DNA from: Chromera velia
Taxonomy: Eukaryota
Assembly: GCA_018398765.1 (NCBI GenBank)
Contig: JAHBMJ010000329.1
Span: 1 to 50,009, forward strand
DNA length: 50,009 bases
Reading direction: 5' to 3'
The number at the start of each line of letters is the position of its first letter. The stretch's first letter is position 1. Below the pieces are notes generated by a model that searched no databases, was not told the DNA's origin, and worked only from the letters and a program-made list of their open reading frames with translations. Of the stretch, positions 1 through 11,851 are shown piece after piece. Made by a program: the position numbers and the translations under genes.

Positions 1-2
1 AC

Positions 3-407
3 TTTCTTTCCGTCTCTTGATGAACGCAATTCGACCCAATAAGGCTTGTCGACTTTCTGTAGACGGAGACCCCGAACAGACAAAAGAGAAACAGGAACCG
101 AACGCGAGTATGCACCTTCTATGTACACCTCCTCGATTTCATTCTCTGGAGACAAAACACCGACACGCGCACGCACGTATCTGTCTGTCTGAAAAGAATC
201 TCCCTCAGCTTTCTCATACGTCACTTTCTTTCTCCAACTGTCTACAATGCAATCATCCATGTCACGACCAATCAGATGCTTACTACAACCAGTATCAGCA
301 AAAGGAAAGCGGACCTCTTCACACTCGCAGTCATCCTCTGCCAGGGGTGTAAATGGGTTCGAGGAACGAGAGCCCCTTGCCGTCTCTCGTCCCACGCCCG
401 AGCGTGG
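3..407 (-). CDS. Pol N-terminus (copia aspartic protease), in frame with gag after the TGA; partial
   Basis: Manual translation: PRSGVGRETARGSRSSNPFTPLAEDDCECEEVRFPFADTGCSKHLIGRDMDD...SVPVSLLSVRGLRLQ..., open for 135 codons to the window edge. DTG at 296-288, with no ATG before it. Confidence 0.8.
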
Positions 408-1673
408 TCAATCGCCCTTCCCCCCCCCGGACGAGGAAGAGGACCCCCCCTTCTTCTTGCACGCAGGGGCACCCGCGTAGTGACCCTTCTCGCCGCAATC
501 CCTGCACTCGATGTTCTTCTTCTTGGCCCAGCACTCACCCTCGTGCTTTCTCCCACAGGTGTAGCAGACCGGATGCTGCCCCCCCTGACCAGAGCTCCCA
601 CTCGAACCCTGCCCGAAGGACCCCCTAGTGTTCCCGTTCTCCCTCTGCCTGCCACGATCATTCCCCCTGTGTCCCCCCTTGGGGTTGGATGAACGCCCTG
701 CCTTCTCCCTTCCCCCTTCCCCGCCCTTCTCCTTCTCCTCGATGGCAGCGAACCAATCAAGGTGAGGACGAATATCGTCCCACGAAAGCGAGTTCAAGTC
801 AAGGAGCATCTCTCCCTTTTGCGCTCTGATGGCGGTGATGAGGATGTTCTTTTGGTCAAAGTCGAGGGCGTGGAAGATCATGGTCGGCTTCGCTGTATCT
901 TCGATGGGTCTCTGCACCCCCATCGCTTCCACCTCCAGATTGGACAGACGTCGACGCAGGGTCTTGAACCCAAACTTGATCTTGGGCTTGAGGACCTCTC
1001 CGGCTGCGCTGCGCCGGTTGGTGTCGTAGGGGAATTCCTTGACCTTCTCCTCCACTGCCAGTTGCCTCACAAGCAGGTTGGAGAGGTATTCTTCCTTCAC
1101 ACGCCTGAGGACCTCCTTGTGCTTGAGGCCAGCGCGGAAGAATCGCTTGAGGTGGGACTTGAATCTCGAGTCGTTCTTGGCGGCCTTGTACATGCCCATC
1201 CGAACCACCCTTTTCCACTGACCAGAAGAGCCAAAACGGGACCTCCGGAGCTCCTCCTTCATGAAATCTCCCCACTGTCTCTCCCAATCCTCAAACCCCT
1301 CCTTGGGGTTGAACACAGGCAGAAGCGCCCAGTCCACCTTCACCTTCTTCCACGAGGAAGACGACACGACAGAGGAAGAATCAGAGGACTCAGACTCGCT
1401 GGAAGAGTCCGAGTCATCAGAAGAGTCCGAATCGTTGCTCGGCACAGCAACAGAAACCTTCTGCCGTCTCTTGTTCTTTCCAGACTTCTTCTTTTCCAAA
1501 ATCTTTTCTACGATCTCGTCAATATTTTCTTTTAATTTCTTCTCAAGAAGGGAATTGAGTTTGGAATCGAGAGTCACTGCGCTGCTGCTTGACTGTGCAG
1601 CTGCAGCTTCTTCTTGGGCCTTCTTCTTGGCCTCTTCCTTTTCCTTTCTCCTCTGAGCTCTCGTCCGGACCAT
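408..1673 (-). CDS. Retrotransposon Gag (421 aa from ATG 1673) with C-terminal Zn knuckles
   Basis: Uninterrupted ORF MVRTRAQRR...; knuckles CYTCGRKHEGEC and CRDCGEKGHYAGAPAC follow a G/R-rich region; ends at TGA 410-408. Confidence 0.85.
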   Translation of the reverse strand: MVRTRAQRRKEKEEAKKKAQEEAAAAQSSSSAVTLDSKLNSLLEKKLKENIDEIVEKILEKKKSGKNKRRQKVSVAVPSNDSDSSDDSDSSSESESSDSSSVVSSSSWKKVKVDWALLPVFNPKEGFEDWERQWGDFMKEELRRSRFGSSGQWKRVVRMGMYKAAKNDSRFKSHLKRFFRAGLKHKEVLRRVKEEYLSNLLVRQLAVEEKVKEFPYDTNRRSAAGEVLKPKIKFGFKTLRRRLSNLEVEAMGVQRPIEDTAKPTMIFHALDFDQKNILITAIRAQKGEMLLDLNSLSWDDIRPHLDWFAAIEEKEKGGEGGREKAGRSSNPKGGHRGNDRGRQRENGNTRGSFGQGSSGSSGQGGQHPVCYTCGRKHEGECWAKKKNIECRDCGEKGHYAGAPACKKKGGSSSSSGGGKGD

Positions 1674-3334
1674 CTTGAAAAATTCAGAGAGAGAGAAAGA
1701 GAAAAGAGCAATCAGATCGGACACACTGACTGAAAGACCCTAGAAGCCATGAGATCTTATCAACTAGAAGCTTATCATTAGAGTCTCTTGAGATCTTCTT
1801 ACAGGGAAAGACTGAAGGACGGGATGCATTGCATATTCCCGTTCCTTTCATTGTTCAGCCGTTTCATCTCATTGCATTTTATGAGCATGCTACTATTGAT
1901 TGCAATTAATTCAAATTGTATGAAGAAGCATGCACATGCATGCATGCAGCTCGGCATGGCTCATCAATCTATAAGGCGGCGCGTATGGCAGTGGGCACTT
2001 CAGGCATGGCGGCTCAACATCATGATCTGATTTCTTTTTTTATTTTTGAATAGGAAAATATTTTCTAGTCTTATTTAGTCTCATTCTGATGATGAATGTT
2101 CTACAACATATGAGTACTTCAAGTTGTATGTTCTAAATTCTGATATATCCTAGGATATATCCTCATCTTTCATATAAATATGCATGTTAATATATATACA
2201 AACATATGCGTTATTCTTCAGTAGGCTAAACATAACTAGAAACATAGCTAAATTTACAGCCGCAGCTGAACCGTTTTAGTAGTATAGATGTAACGTATTT
2301 ACTAGTTGATTCACAGATTCAGACAGGAAGGTCTGTCAAACTAAACGTTCTTTGTTATTCCTTCGGTCACTTTGTGTCTGTCAGTCTGATTCTACTCTCT
2401 CATGCAACAGAAACGCGACTGTTGATTCGTATAGCTAAAAGCCATGCAACGGTGCACACGTTCATTTCAATCACGGCCCCGGAAAGATGCACACGCGGAC
2501 CGGCTTAATCACGGTTGATGCAAAGAGGCGGGGCGCTCGCTCACGCTCACACCACGACCAGCACACACGTTATAACAGAAATTTATTATTATTTAGAAAC
2601 GACATCTTTCTATATGTCTTTCTCTTAAATTTCCATACATTTTCATATTGTAACTTGTAGTGACTTGTAACGATACTTGTAACATTTTTAAACATCTTAC
2701 AACTGAAATCAAACAGAAGATAACAGAAAATCAGAGTAAATCAGGGTCAAATTAAGTCAAATTCACGTATGGATATGTACGGCTTTACTGCCCCCAAGTT
2801 ACGGCACCCTGCGTCCCATCGGATTCCCCTGCCCCCAGGCTCCCGTGACTAGCCGTGACTGGTAGTGTCAAACTGGACATTGGACACTGGACTGTATGGT
2901 ATGCATTGTGGCAGCGCCGGTCCGCCGCCGGAGTCCCGGCCGGACCCCATGCACGTGGAACAGCGGCCCGCGCCCCCGCGCCGCATGGCGCCGCCGCGGG
3001 ACATGCATGCATGCAGGCTTTTTTCAACCTCTCAAGTCTCGAAGCGTCCAGTCTTGTTTTGTCAGATTGTCAGACTGATGTTGTAAGTTCTAAGGATCCT
3101 CCGGCCAACGCTCTCTAGAAGCTTCGATCGATCCGTGCTCATACATTGGTGTGCGCACGGATTGGCCTACAGATTGAAAGGTGTAATTTTCCTCGCTGTG
3201 GTACACACGTGTTGTTGTGTTGCAGGACTTTGATCAAGGCTTCTATCGAGATCTCTCTCCACAACACCCATCTTGTATCCAGGCCTCTCGCTGAATTGCA
3301 GACACCCCCCTGCCCTCACGCCGTGTGTGGCAAC

Positions 3335-4116
3335 ATGAGCTCCACTCAGCAGCCGAAGATGAAACCGTTCTACGGGGATGGTCTGGAGGGCATGGGTTTC
3401 CTTCATTTCTGGGGTTACACTCCAGCCACAGACCTGTTGTCTTCGTCTCCTCAGAAGAAGTGTTGCTCACAAATGGCCGAAGTCAACCAGGAAATAGAGG
3501 ACAAGGAGGAGGAAGAACGCCCACTCAGGGTCTTTGTCAGTGGGGGCGCTGATCTGCGGCACGTGTTGCTGACAGCCGCCCGGATTCACGACAAAGAGGG
3601 GAAGGCCAAGAGAGAAATCGAATTCTTTATCCACGAGAACGACCCCGAGACATTGGCTAGACAGCTGCTGTTCCTGGAGATTGTCTGCAATACTGAGATC
3701 CCTTCCCGTGAGAGGGCAGACATCTACCTGGAATGTCTCGGGAACACCCTTCTGAGAGAACGAGTGGCGTGCTACATGTCCGACCGGGTCAACGAACTGA
3801 CGGACCTTGTTTGTGAGGAAGGTGAGGGTCGATTGAGGGAAATAGTGAACGTCTCCCTGTTGAAACAGAAAGACAAGGACAGGATCACGGATGCCTTCGC
3901 CAGATGGACCCTTAAGGCGCCCTCCTTCGACGTCGAACAGCTGCGGTCAGTAGATCTGGCCTGTTGGCAGGCAGCCATTTTCTTCTTTATCTTAGGCGTT
4001 GGAGGTTGGGGCATGGTGACCGGGAGGTTGTTCTTTTTCTTTCTTTCTCTCTCTCTGCCTGCCTCCCTCCCTCCGGAGTGCATGGTTCCCTCCGATTTTG
4101 GATTCCCTCTCTCTCG

Positions 4117-4157
<41 letters not shown>

Positions 4158-5116
4158 TGTGTGTGTGTGTGTGTGTGGGTGTGTCTTCTTGCCCACCCCG
4201 CTTTCAGCATGTTGTTCTCTGAGGAAAACGAAAAAAAAAGAAACAAACGAGGTCCTCTTACGAGGTCCCTGTCTGCTTGCCTGGTTGACTTCCTGAAATT
4301 GGTCCTTCAGGGAAGACGTGAGGGAGAATACGGCAGGTTTCTTTATGACTCTGACAGTCGGCTTCCAGGAAGGAACTTTTTTTTTTTTTCAGTCTCCTTC
4401 CTTCCTGCTTGACCTTCCTTCCCTTTATTCATTCTCCGTTCTGTCCTCTTTGACTCATCCCTTCAAGCGCCAATCATCGAATTAAAGAGTTTTTTTCTTT
4501 GTCTGTCTGTGTCCCTTTCTCCTCTTGTGCAGAGACCAGAGGTGCCGAGGAGCTTACGGCGTGAGATTCGATCATCGGGTTAGTGGGGGGGCGATTTTTG
4601 CTTTCAGTTGGCGCATAGACACACATGCGTTTAGGCAGGCATCAGAGTCTCTCACTCCGCCGGCCCACACGTGCTCCTCCTTTCTTTATCTCTGTCTGTC
4701 TGTCTCTTCTTTTTATTTTGTTTTGGCTTCGAGACGCCCTCCGGCTCCCTCCCTGTGCTCACGCCGGCTTCCTTCCTCTTTTGCTGTATTTTCGGAAGGA
4801 AGCAATTTGCAATGTCTAACCCTACCAATCCGAGGAATGCATTGAAGCAGAAAAGCGATGAGTGAAGGAAGGAAGGAAGGAAAGAATTAACGAGTGCAAA
4901 TTCGTTTACCTACCTGCTCACTCACCTTTGTTTTCTCTCTCGCCCACACCCTCAGTCACAACCGGTCCTCTGTCGTTATTTTGTTTTTTTATGTTTTCCT
5001 TCTTGGCCCTCGATTCCGGCAGTGAGGTTTTCTCTCTCGCCTCCGATTGCATGGGTCCTCCTCCTCCTGCCCTCCCTCCTGGCTAGTCTGTCTATGGCAA
5101 TTAAGCGGGGCCGGAA

Positions 5117-5163
<47 letters not shown>

Positions 5164-6204
5164 GCACCCCCCTCTGACTTTCACTTCTGACCTTGCATGA
5201 CATGATGTGCAAAAGGTTGGATGGAAGGGCAGCAAGCCCGGTAAGTTGGTTCCTTGGCGGCATGCGAAGAGTCGATGAAGACAAAAAAGGAAAGAGAGAA
5301 GGGGGCTGACCAACAGAGAACAAAAAATGTGCATCTTTCTTGTTTAGTATCTCTCTTCGTTTTCTTCTGCCTTTGGGCCTTTCTCTTTGGCTGTGTCCGT
5401 TCAGGTGAATCTGTTTGACTGGGACTACACAAGCAACCTGAAAGCTGCGGCTCCGACCATTCATTGGCTTCAGGTTGGTGGAAGGGGAACGGCGGGCCGG
5501 GGGGAGAAGAGTGAAGAGGAGTGAAGAGGATTGCTAGGAAGGAGACAGTCGTTGGCTCGATCAATTCGCTTCCTACCTGCATTGTGGTTGTGAACATTTA
5601 GTTAGTTAGGTTCTGTCTTCCGGGTCTGCCTTCTCTTCCTTCCCCTCTTTGATTCTTTTATGCGAGACAGTCAATGAACGTGAACGGTGTTTTTTATTTT
5701 CGTTTCCTTCACTTGTGCGTCCTTGGCTGATCAATGCGCGACTTGACGACCATGATCTATCTGAAGGACCAGACAGGCAGATAGACAGACAGACAGACAG
5801 ACAGATAGTGCCTTCTCCTTAATTCCGCTGGTCGAGTTACAACATTCATGAGGTTCTCATTCTTTTTTCTTTTTTTCTCTACACCCTGTGTCAAGCTCTC
5901 AGTCCCAACTTGCTTGCGTTTGATGACCATACCAAAGTGTGCGTTTGATGACCATACAAAAGTGCGCACTTTTTTTGTTCTGATGTTTGAGCATTCATTT
6001 CCACCATTTCTCTTCGTGTTTGCTCATACGAATGATTGAACATACATAACTGTGCTGCATGCAGTACAAACAGTTTCGCCTCTCTGGAGTCGCCTTTGAC
6101 TCACCCCTGGGAACCTACACCCACCCGAACAAAAGCCTCCAGTCCTATGTTCAGGGCTCGCACAAAACGGACAGGACGAAAATCATGGTCAGTCAGCCGT
6201 TTCG

Positions 6205-6282
<78 letters not shown>

Positions 6283-6306
6283 AAGTGTTGTGCGTGTGCA
6301 TGTGTT

Positions 6307-6346
<40 letters not shown>

Positions 6347-6920
6347 CGAAAGAAAGGAAACGATTCGGAAAAAGTGAAGTGAAGAAAAGACGATATTGTC
6401 TGTCTGTCTGGCTGGCTGGCTGTCTTGTCTTCATTGCTTTCTTTCTTTTTGTCTATTGTGTTCTTTCTTTTTGTCTATTGTGTTCATGAAGAAAAGAAGG
6501 GAGAAGAAGAAACATATAGTCTGTCTTTCTGTCTGTCTGTCTGTCTGAAAGAAAGGAAGAGAACAAGGAAAGAAAAGAATATACAGTCTGTCTGTCTGTC
6601 TGTCAGTCACGAAAAGACGATATAGTCTGTCTGTCTGAAGAGAAGAAGAAGAAACATACAGTCTGTCTGTCTGAAGAAGACGAGCGAAAGAAATCATATA
6701 GTCTGTCTGTCTTCCTGTCTGTCTGTGTGTTTGTCTGTCCGTTCAGGTTCGCGGTTACTGGGGAGATCTAATTGTGTCACCCTACATCTCTTTTGGCGTC
6801 GATTGTTGCACAGACAGCGAGAGCGACAGAAAAAGGCTCTTCAAGGTGAGTGGATTTCTTTTCCTGCATGATGAAATTGGGGTTTCGATCTGTATTCTTT
6901 TTGTTTTTGCCTTCCTTCCT

Positions 6921-6975
<55 letters not shown>

Positions 6976-8504
6976 CTCTCGATGGCCGCACAGGTACGTG
7001 GGGCGCTGGTGCGTAGGTGTTTTTTCCTTGTGTACACCTCTCTCTGTATTGCATTCCTCAATTCCAGCGCTGATCGACAAAAAGGACCCGGCCGGAAGGC
7101 CCGAGTTGCATGTCTCCGTCGATCAATCCATCGAATCTCGGTGGTGCATGCTCCCCTACACGTGTGCGCGCACACACATATGCCATATGGATTCAGGTTG
7201 TGAACACACAGCAACGACACCACGCGGAGGAGATTAGTAGGTTCAACGTCTTCGCCCTCCTGTCGGAAATCGAGACGGGACAAGCGGCAAGGCTGCCCGA
7301 GGAGACGGAGGCCGAGCAGACGTATCCCTTCAAGTCAGTCGAGCAGTCGATATATTGACATGATCGGTCAAAGATGTGATGACAGACAGCGGTGACTTCG
7401 TGATCAAAAGCTGGACGAGTGGTGCACCATTCATGAAAGTGCAAGCAGCTGCTTCCTTCACCCACGCCCTCCCATACAGATGAAGCGGTGATGGTAGGAT
7501 CAAAGTGCAGAAGTGGCTAAGCAACAGAAGCCCATGTGGATAAGCATTTCGCCTGGAAATCTGACTGTTCCCATTTGAGGACGATTGAATGACCTCTCTC
7601 GCTCTTCTGTGTTCTTCCCTTCTCCCTTCAACTGCTTGCTGATTCCTCCCTTTCTACCTTTCTGCTTTCGTGCTTAATTGCTTTCAGGTCCCCTCTAGAA
7701 GAGGTTTTCCCTGCCTCCTCTGAAGAGAAATCAAAAGGAGCCCCGTCATCATCGACAGACGACGCGAAGAAGAAAGAGGAAAGCCTCCCGAAGATTGTGG
7801 AGATTTCGGAAGAGGAGGAGGAGGAAGAAAAGGACAAGGAAGCGGCAGTTGCATCGGGAGCAGAGAACATTGGAAGCAACGACAAACAGAAGGAGGGGAC
7901 ACCAGAGAAACCCCCTCTTCCCCTTCTCTTAAGGGAGAACACCTTCCGTCTCTTCCCTCTGGTTGGAGACATGTCATCCTGTTTGGACAGATGCAAGAGC
8001 CGTCTCTCTGCCTCGAATATCGGAATTGAGGAGGATGAAGAAGAGGAAGAGGAGAAAGACGACCCTCTTTTCGATGCTGTTTTCCTCGCTGCGCTGAACT
8101 CTTCTTGCTTCTTGAAACCAGAAGAAGAGACAGAAGAAGAAGGAAAGAAGAACGGCTCTTCAGCCCTCCTTCAGTCCCTCCGTCCGGGGGCGTCTCTCTT
8201 CGCAGAGACTTTGAAATTTCATTCACAGCTGAACGGTGCCTCCCGTCTCCGTTTCAGAGAGAAACTCTACGAGGCCGCGACCCGACACGGAATGGAAGTA
8301 CAGGGAAATGTGCGGAAGAGTGTGTTTCCTCTGGAGGGAAAACCAGCCCCCTGTGCTGAGAATGCGTTAAAAAAACAGACCGAGTGTGCCCTGGCCGAGG
8401 CTTCTGCACCACCAATTCTCTGTTTTAGAAAGCCTTCAAAGAGCGCCGACCTCAAAGAAGGCCTCGTCGAAGACTCTCCAGAGAGAGGAATTGTACAAAA
8501 TTGA
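3335..8504 (+). CDS. DNAAF3: Dynein axonemal assembly factor 3 (PF22 homolog), 7 exons, about 633 aa
   Basis: Exons 3335-3945, 4533-4578, 5405-5473, 6065-6187, 6747-6845, 7197-7333, 7688-8504; all GT-AG and phase-compatible, total 1902 nt. Recognised DNAAF3 motifs: GMGFLHFWGYTPATDL, GGADLRHVLLT, FFIHENDPETLARQLL, RFDHRVNLFDWDY, YTHPNKSL, VRGYWGDLIVSPYISFG. Confidence 0.9.
6209..6740. repeat. Compound microsatellite (CT)n(GT)n(GA)n(CTGT)n with degenerate GAAGAAA...ATATAGTCTGTCTG units (DNAAF3 intron 4)
   Basis: Directly visible; similar arrays at 4120-4180, 5121-5160, 6920-6975 and 29915-30150. Confidence 0.9.
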
Positions 8505-9927
8505 AATGCTTGGTTTGTTGCTCGCGAGAGAATTCAATTTGCAGCTACAAACGAGGTCCAAAGATCCGTTCTGCAGCTTTGTTCAAGTTGAAACATCAAT
8601 GGCTGGATTCAATGCTAGCTGTGAGCTCGGCGCCATACGTTAAAAAAATAAAAATTCAACTTTATAGATTAAATTACGATTTATTTTTGTTTTTGTATTA
8701 TAGACGGCTACTAGATAGTACACAGTGATGACGAAGAGAAAGCGTGAGATACAAATCAATAAGAAATGAAGTAGGACCTAGACGATAAAAAAAAATCACG
8801 TACTGTTCTTTAGGGTGACGCGTAGCAAAATAATAAAAACCTAGGTAGTAGTAATAGTAAAAACGTAGTTACGTACACTGTCATGCAAGTGATAGGTGAT
8901 TTATTGGTGCCTTCGAGCACTATTGCCGTTTTGTTACCGAATGTAACTAATTGGTTACCAATTCTAACTGGTTAGTAACTTAATTGAATCAATTTTTGAA
9001 GTGATTCGTAACCTAAAAAGGCTGGTAATCAATTAATTATTATAAATACCAGTGGATTAGTTACTAATCCTTATATGTAATCAAAAGCCTTTATATAATC
9101 TTTTTTTTTTAAACACTCGACCTAGTATAGTCGGCGGTTCGAATTCAAAATTATTAATTCAATATATTCTTTTGACTAACTAAGTGTTCCTAGAAAGTGT
9201 TCAAACTATACTAAGTTTAAAACAACTTTAAACTTCTTTTCATTCACTCCAAGTCTCTAACTTAATCTAAAAATCATTGAATCAAAGTGCAGGCCGGGTT
9301 AAACCACTGGTTAAAAGGTTAAACAACGTGAACTACTAGGCTAAACACACAGGAAACCGTCTAAACTCTAATACCGCCTATGTCTCCCAAGCTTAGCAAG
9401 GAACACAGCAAGGAACGATTCGATCGAAAGAGCGGAGGAACGAAGGGCCGAAGGAAGCAAGGAAGGAAGAAGGAAAGGAAGGGATACGATCGTCATCATT
9501 CTCATTCTCATACGCCATATGTATCATGCGCGGCTGTGTTATACTTCGACTGATCTTTTGTATGTAATCTAGTTTCTGCATGCACCATTCGGAATTCATT
9601 TCTGATTCTTGAGCATGTACCGGCCATGACCTGTAGAGCAGTAAGAACAAACACGCGCGCACTCTCCGAGAGAAACACACTTTCGAGAACACTTTGAGAT
9701 CGAACAACTCGCATACGTTTACATCACAGCCAAGACAGGCAAGCAGACAAAGACAGTCAGAAAAGGCCCGATGGATGTGCACAAACAGAGAAACGCACAG
9801 ATGGGTATACACACAGAAAAACAGACAGCAGACGGCTCCCCCCTTTCCTTCTTCCCCTCCATTTCGCGTGGGTTCGTGTTTTGCCACAAGCCTCGGAACG
9901 CTCAGTCGCAAAATTGATGATCATCAC

Positions 9928-11243
9928 TCAAGCCTGCTTAGGGGCGGCCTGTGAACATCCCTTTTTGTGTTGCTTCCAGTGCCGCGCCTGACAGCTTCTT
10001 CCGCAGTACCACTGGTTTCGGCACCGGCCGCACCCCATTCGTCCTGCGCCTCCACATCCCCCACAGACCTTGAAGCTGCCAAGGTACGCAGCTGCTTTAC
10101 CAGGGGAGGGAATTTCAGCCTGGGGTTTGCCAACACACGCTGACCAAAGTTGCACGTCTGTGTCATCTGCCCCCCACTCCGCAACAGCATGCACCCCCAT
10201 TGTCCTCCAGAGGTCCCCCACCTCCTCCCAGCCACTCGTCAAACGTTCTGGGTTATCGTGCTCCCGCTCCTGCAGGTCGAGGAACACTTGCAGCGTCCTT
10301 CGAAGAGCAAAAACCATTGCTTGCTCACGCTGGCTCTCAGCGGCCTCATCGACAAACTTGAAGAGTTTCTCAAGCTCACGGAACATTGGCAATGAATATG
10401 CCTTGCCACACTGTTTCGTACGACAGGTCTCCATTTCGGCCCGCAGAGATTGCGCACGCAGGCAGTGGAAGAGCCTGTCATCCTCGGCCGATGCTGCCAG
10501 ACACTTCTCTAAATGTCTTGCCAGACGACGAAGAATGTCATCGGGCTTGTCAACAGAGAAGCGAGAATTGATCTGGTCATGCATTGCGGAAAGGGATCGA
10601 GAGACAGAAGAGGGGTCTCTGTCTGGCTCGCGGGCACAGACGGGGCAGCCGCAGTGGAACTGAAAGTTCTTTTTCAGGTAATCAGAGCGAAACCACTTTG
10701 ATGCAATCAAGAAATCAGCCTGTCCATACGAGATGGTCAGAATATCTCCTGCCTGAATGTCTCTACACGCTCTCAAGCAACCGTAGTCGCCGTCTACCCC
10801 ACGAAAAGTGGAGTAGGCGGTGTTGGGGACAGAGCAACTGTGGGGAGCGAAAGAGACGTGACGGAAAAGGGCAGTAGCCAGGCCTCGCTGGAAGCTATGG
10901 CCGTGCGTCTTCAAAATCTGCCGCAAGTGGCGGGAGTGCCCCTCTCTTCGTCTGAGACCATGCCCTTGGAGTCGAACTTCTCGAGAATATTGCGGTCTGT
11001 ATCGCTCAATCTCTCGAAAGCGTGCGTGTATGCGCCCAATGTGATCGCCTTCTGGCCTGCGGGAAGCATCCGGGATGCAGTTTCCAGACCAGAGACGAGA
11101 ACGAAAGGCTCCTCGACCACCACTTTCTGGCCGCAGGAGACGGGACGAGTTGCTATGAGGGAAGTTCCAAAAACGGAATCAGTCTCCTCGACGCAGCAAT
11201 TGGAGGTGTCTGAGTGCTGGCCTGGACTCTTTCTGCGGTCCAT
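9928..11243 (-). pseudogene. SET-domain + C-terminal MYND zinc finger protein, intronless, one apparent frameshift near 10960-10925
   Basis: N-SET motif GTSLIATRPVSCGQKVVVEEP in ORF 10911-11342 (ATG 11243). C-SET/post-SET motifs FAPHSCSVPN, LRACRDIQAGDILTISYG, FQFHCGCPVC and the MYND finger CGGC...CGRC...YCGRSCQARHWKQHKKGC lie in a different frame (9928-10926). No convincing intron at the junction, so it could also be a sequencing error in a functional gene. Confidence 0.7.
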
Positions 11244-11851
11244 CTCGGAAGGGGAAATCAATTCGATACACCTGCTGAATACAAGAATGTCAGAGCACGA
11301 CTCAAGGCTTACAGTCGAGTGGTTCCTCCACACAAACAACAAACGCTTTTGAACTCAGGGACTCTACCCACACACTAATATGCACACTCCCGGCCATGTC
11401 CGACATTGTCCGACGGACCACAAACAGTTCAATGAATCTGCAGTTTGGGAACCCGCCCGAGGCATGCAGGACATTGCAGGACCTTAGTCGACTGAGGCTT
11501 CGAGCCGTCTCCATGGAACTGCCGTCTCCGCACGCCGTCTCCGCGCACCTATGCATTGTAGAACAAAAAACCTCGATCACGCATTGTAGAAAGCTCCTAT
11601 AGGCTCAAAACTGGAAAAGAAAGACCACTCGGACAAACTAGGCTAGATCCGCTCCTCATATATGGTCAAAACAGAAACGATATACGTGTTTTTCAAATGA
11701 CACTGTCTCTTTGCTGTCTGTTCTTCTCTATCATATTATGATGCGGCACTTTTCTTCTTGTTATAAGACCTCCCTGAACCTAACTACTACTTGAAAGTTG
11801 AAGCCGCGTTTTTGGATAAGCTTGAAAGTCCGCGCCACAGACGCAGATCAC

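Larger units (their letters stand above)
1..1803 (-). mobile_element. Ty1/copia LTR retrotransposon, 5' part (runs off the left window edge)
   Basis: Gag-like ORF with two Zn knuckles is followed in the same frame by a copia-type aspartic protease (ADTGCSKHL ... SLLSV; copia consensus DSGAS.H ... NLLSV). Candidate LTR/PBS junction ...ATCTCA|TGGCTTCTAGGG at 1750/1749. The outer LTR boundary is uncertain. Confidence 0.8.

Noticed and set aside
408..410. Selenocysteine codon or reassigned genetic code
   Set aside because: The UGA is at a gag/pol boundary, not a redox motif. No SECIS is visible, and TGA terminates host genes here (8504, 25999).
3001..3015. TGCATGCA (ApiAP2-type) motif as a DNAAF3 promoter element
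   Set aside because: The same word is abundant in introns and intergenic DNA across the window, so this position is not informative.
9393..9911. 172-aa ORF downstream of SET-MYND
   Set aside because: It has UTR-like composition and no motifs.
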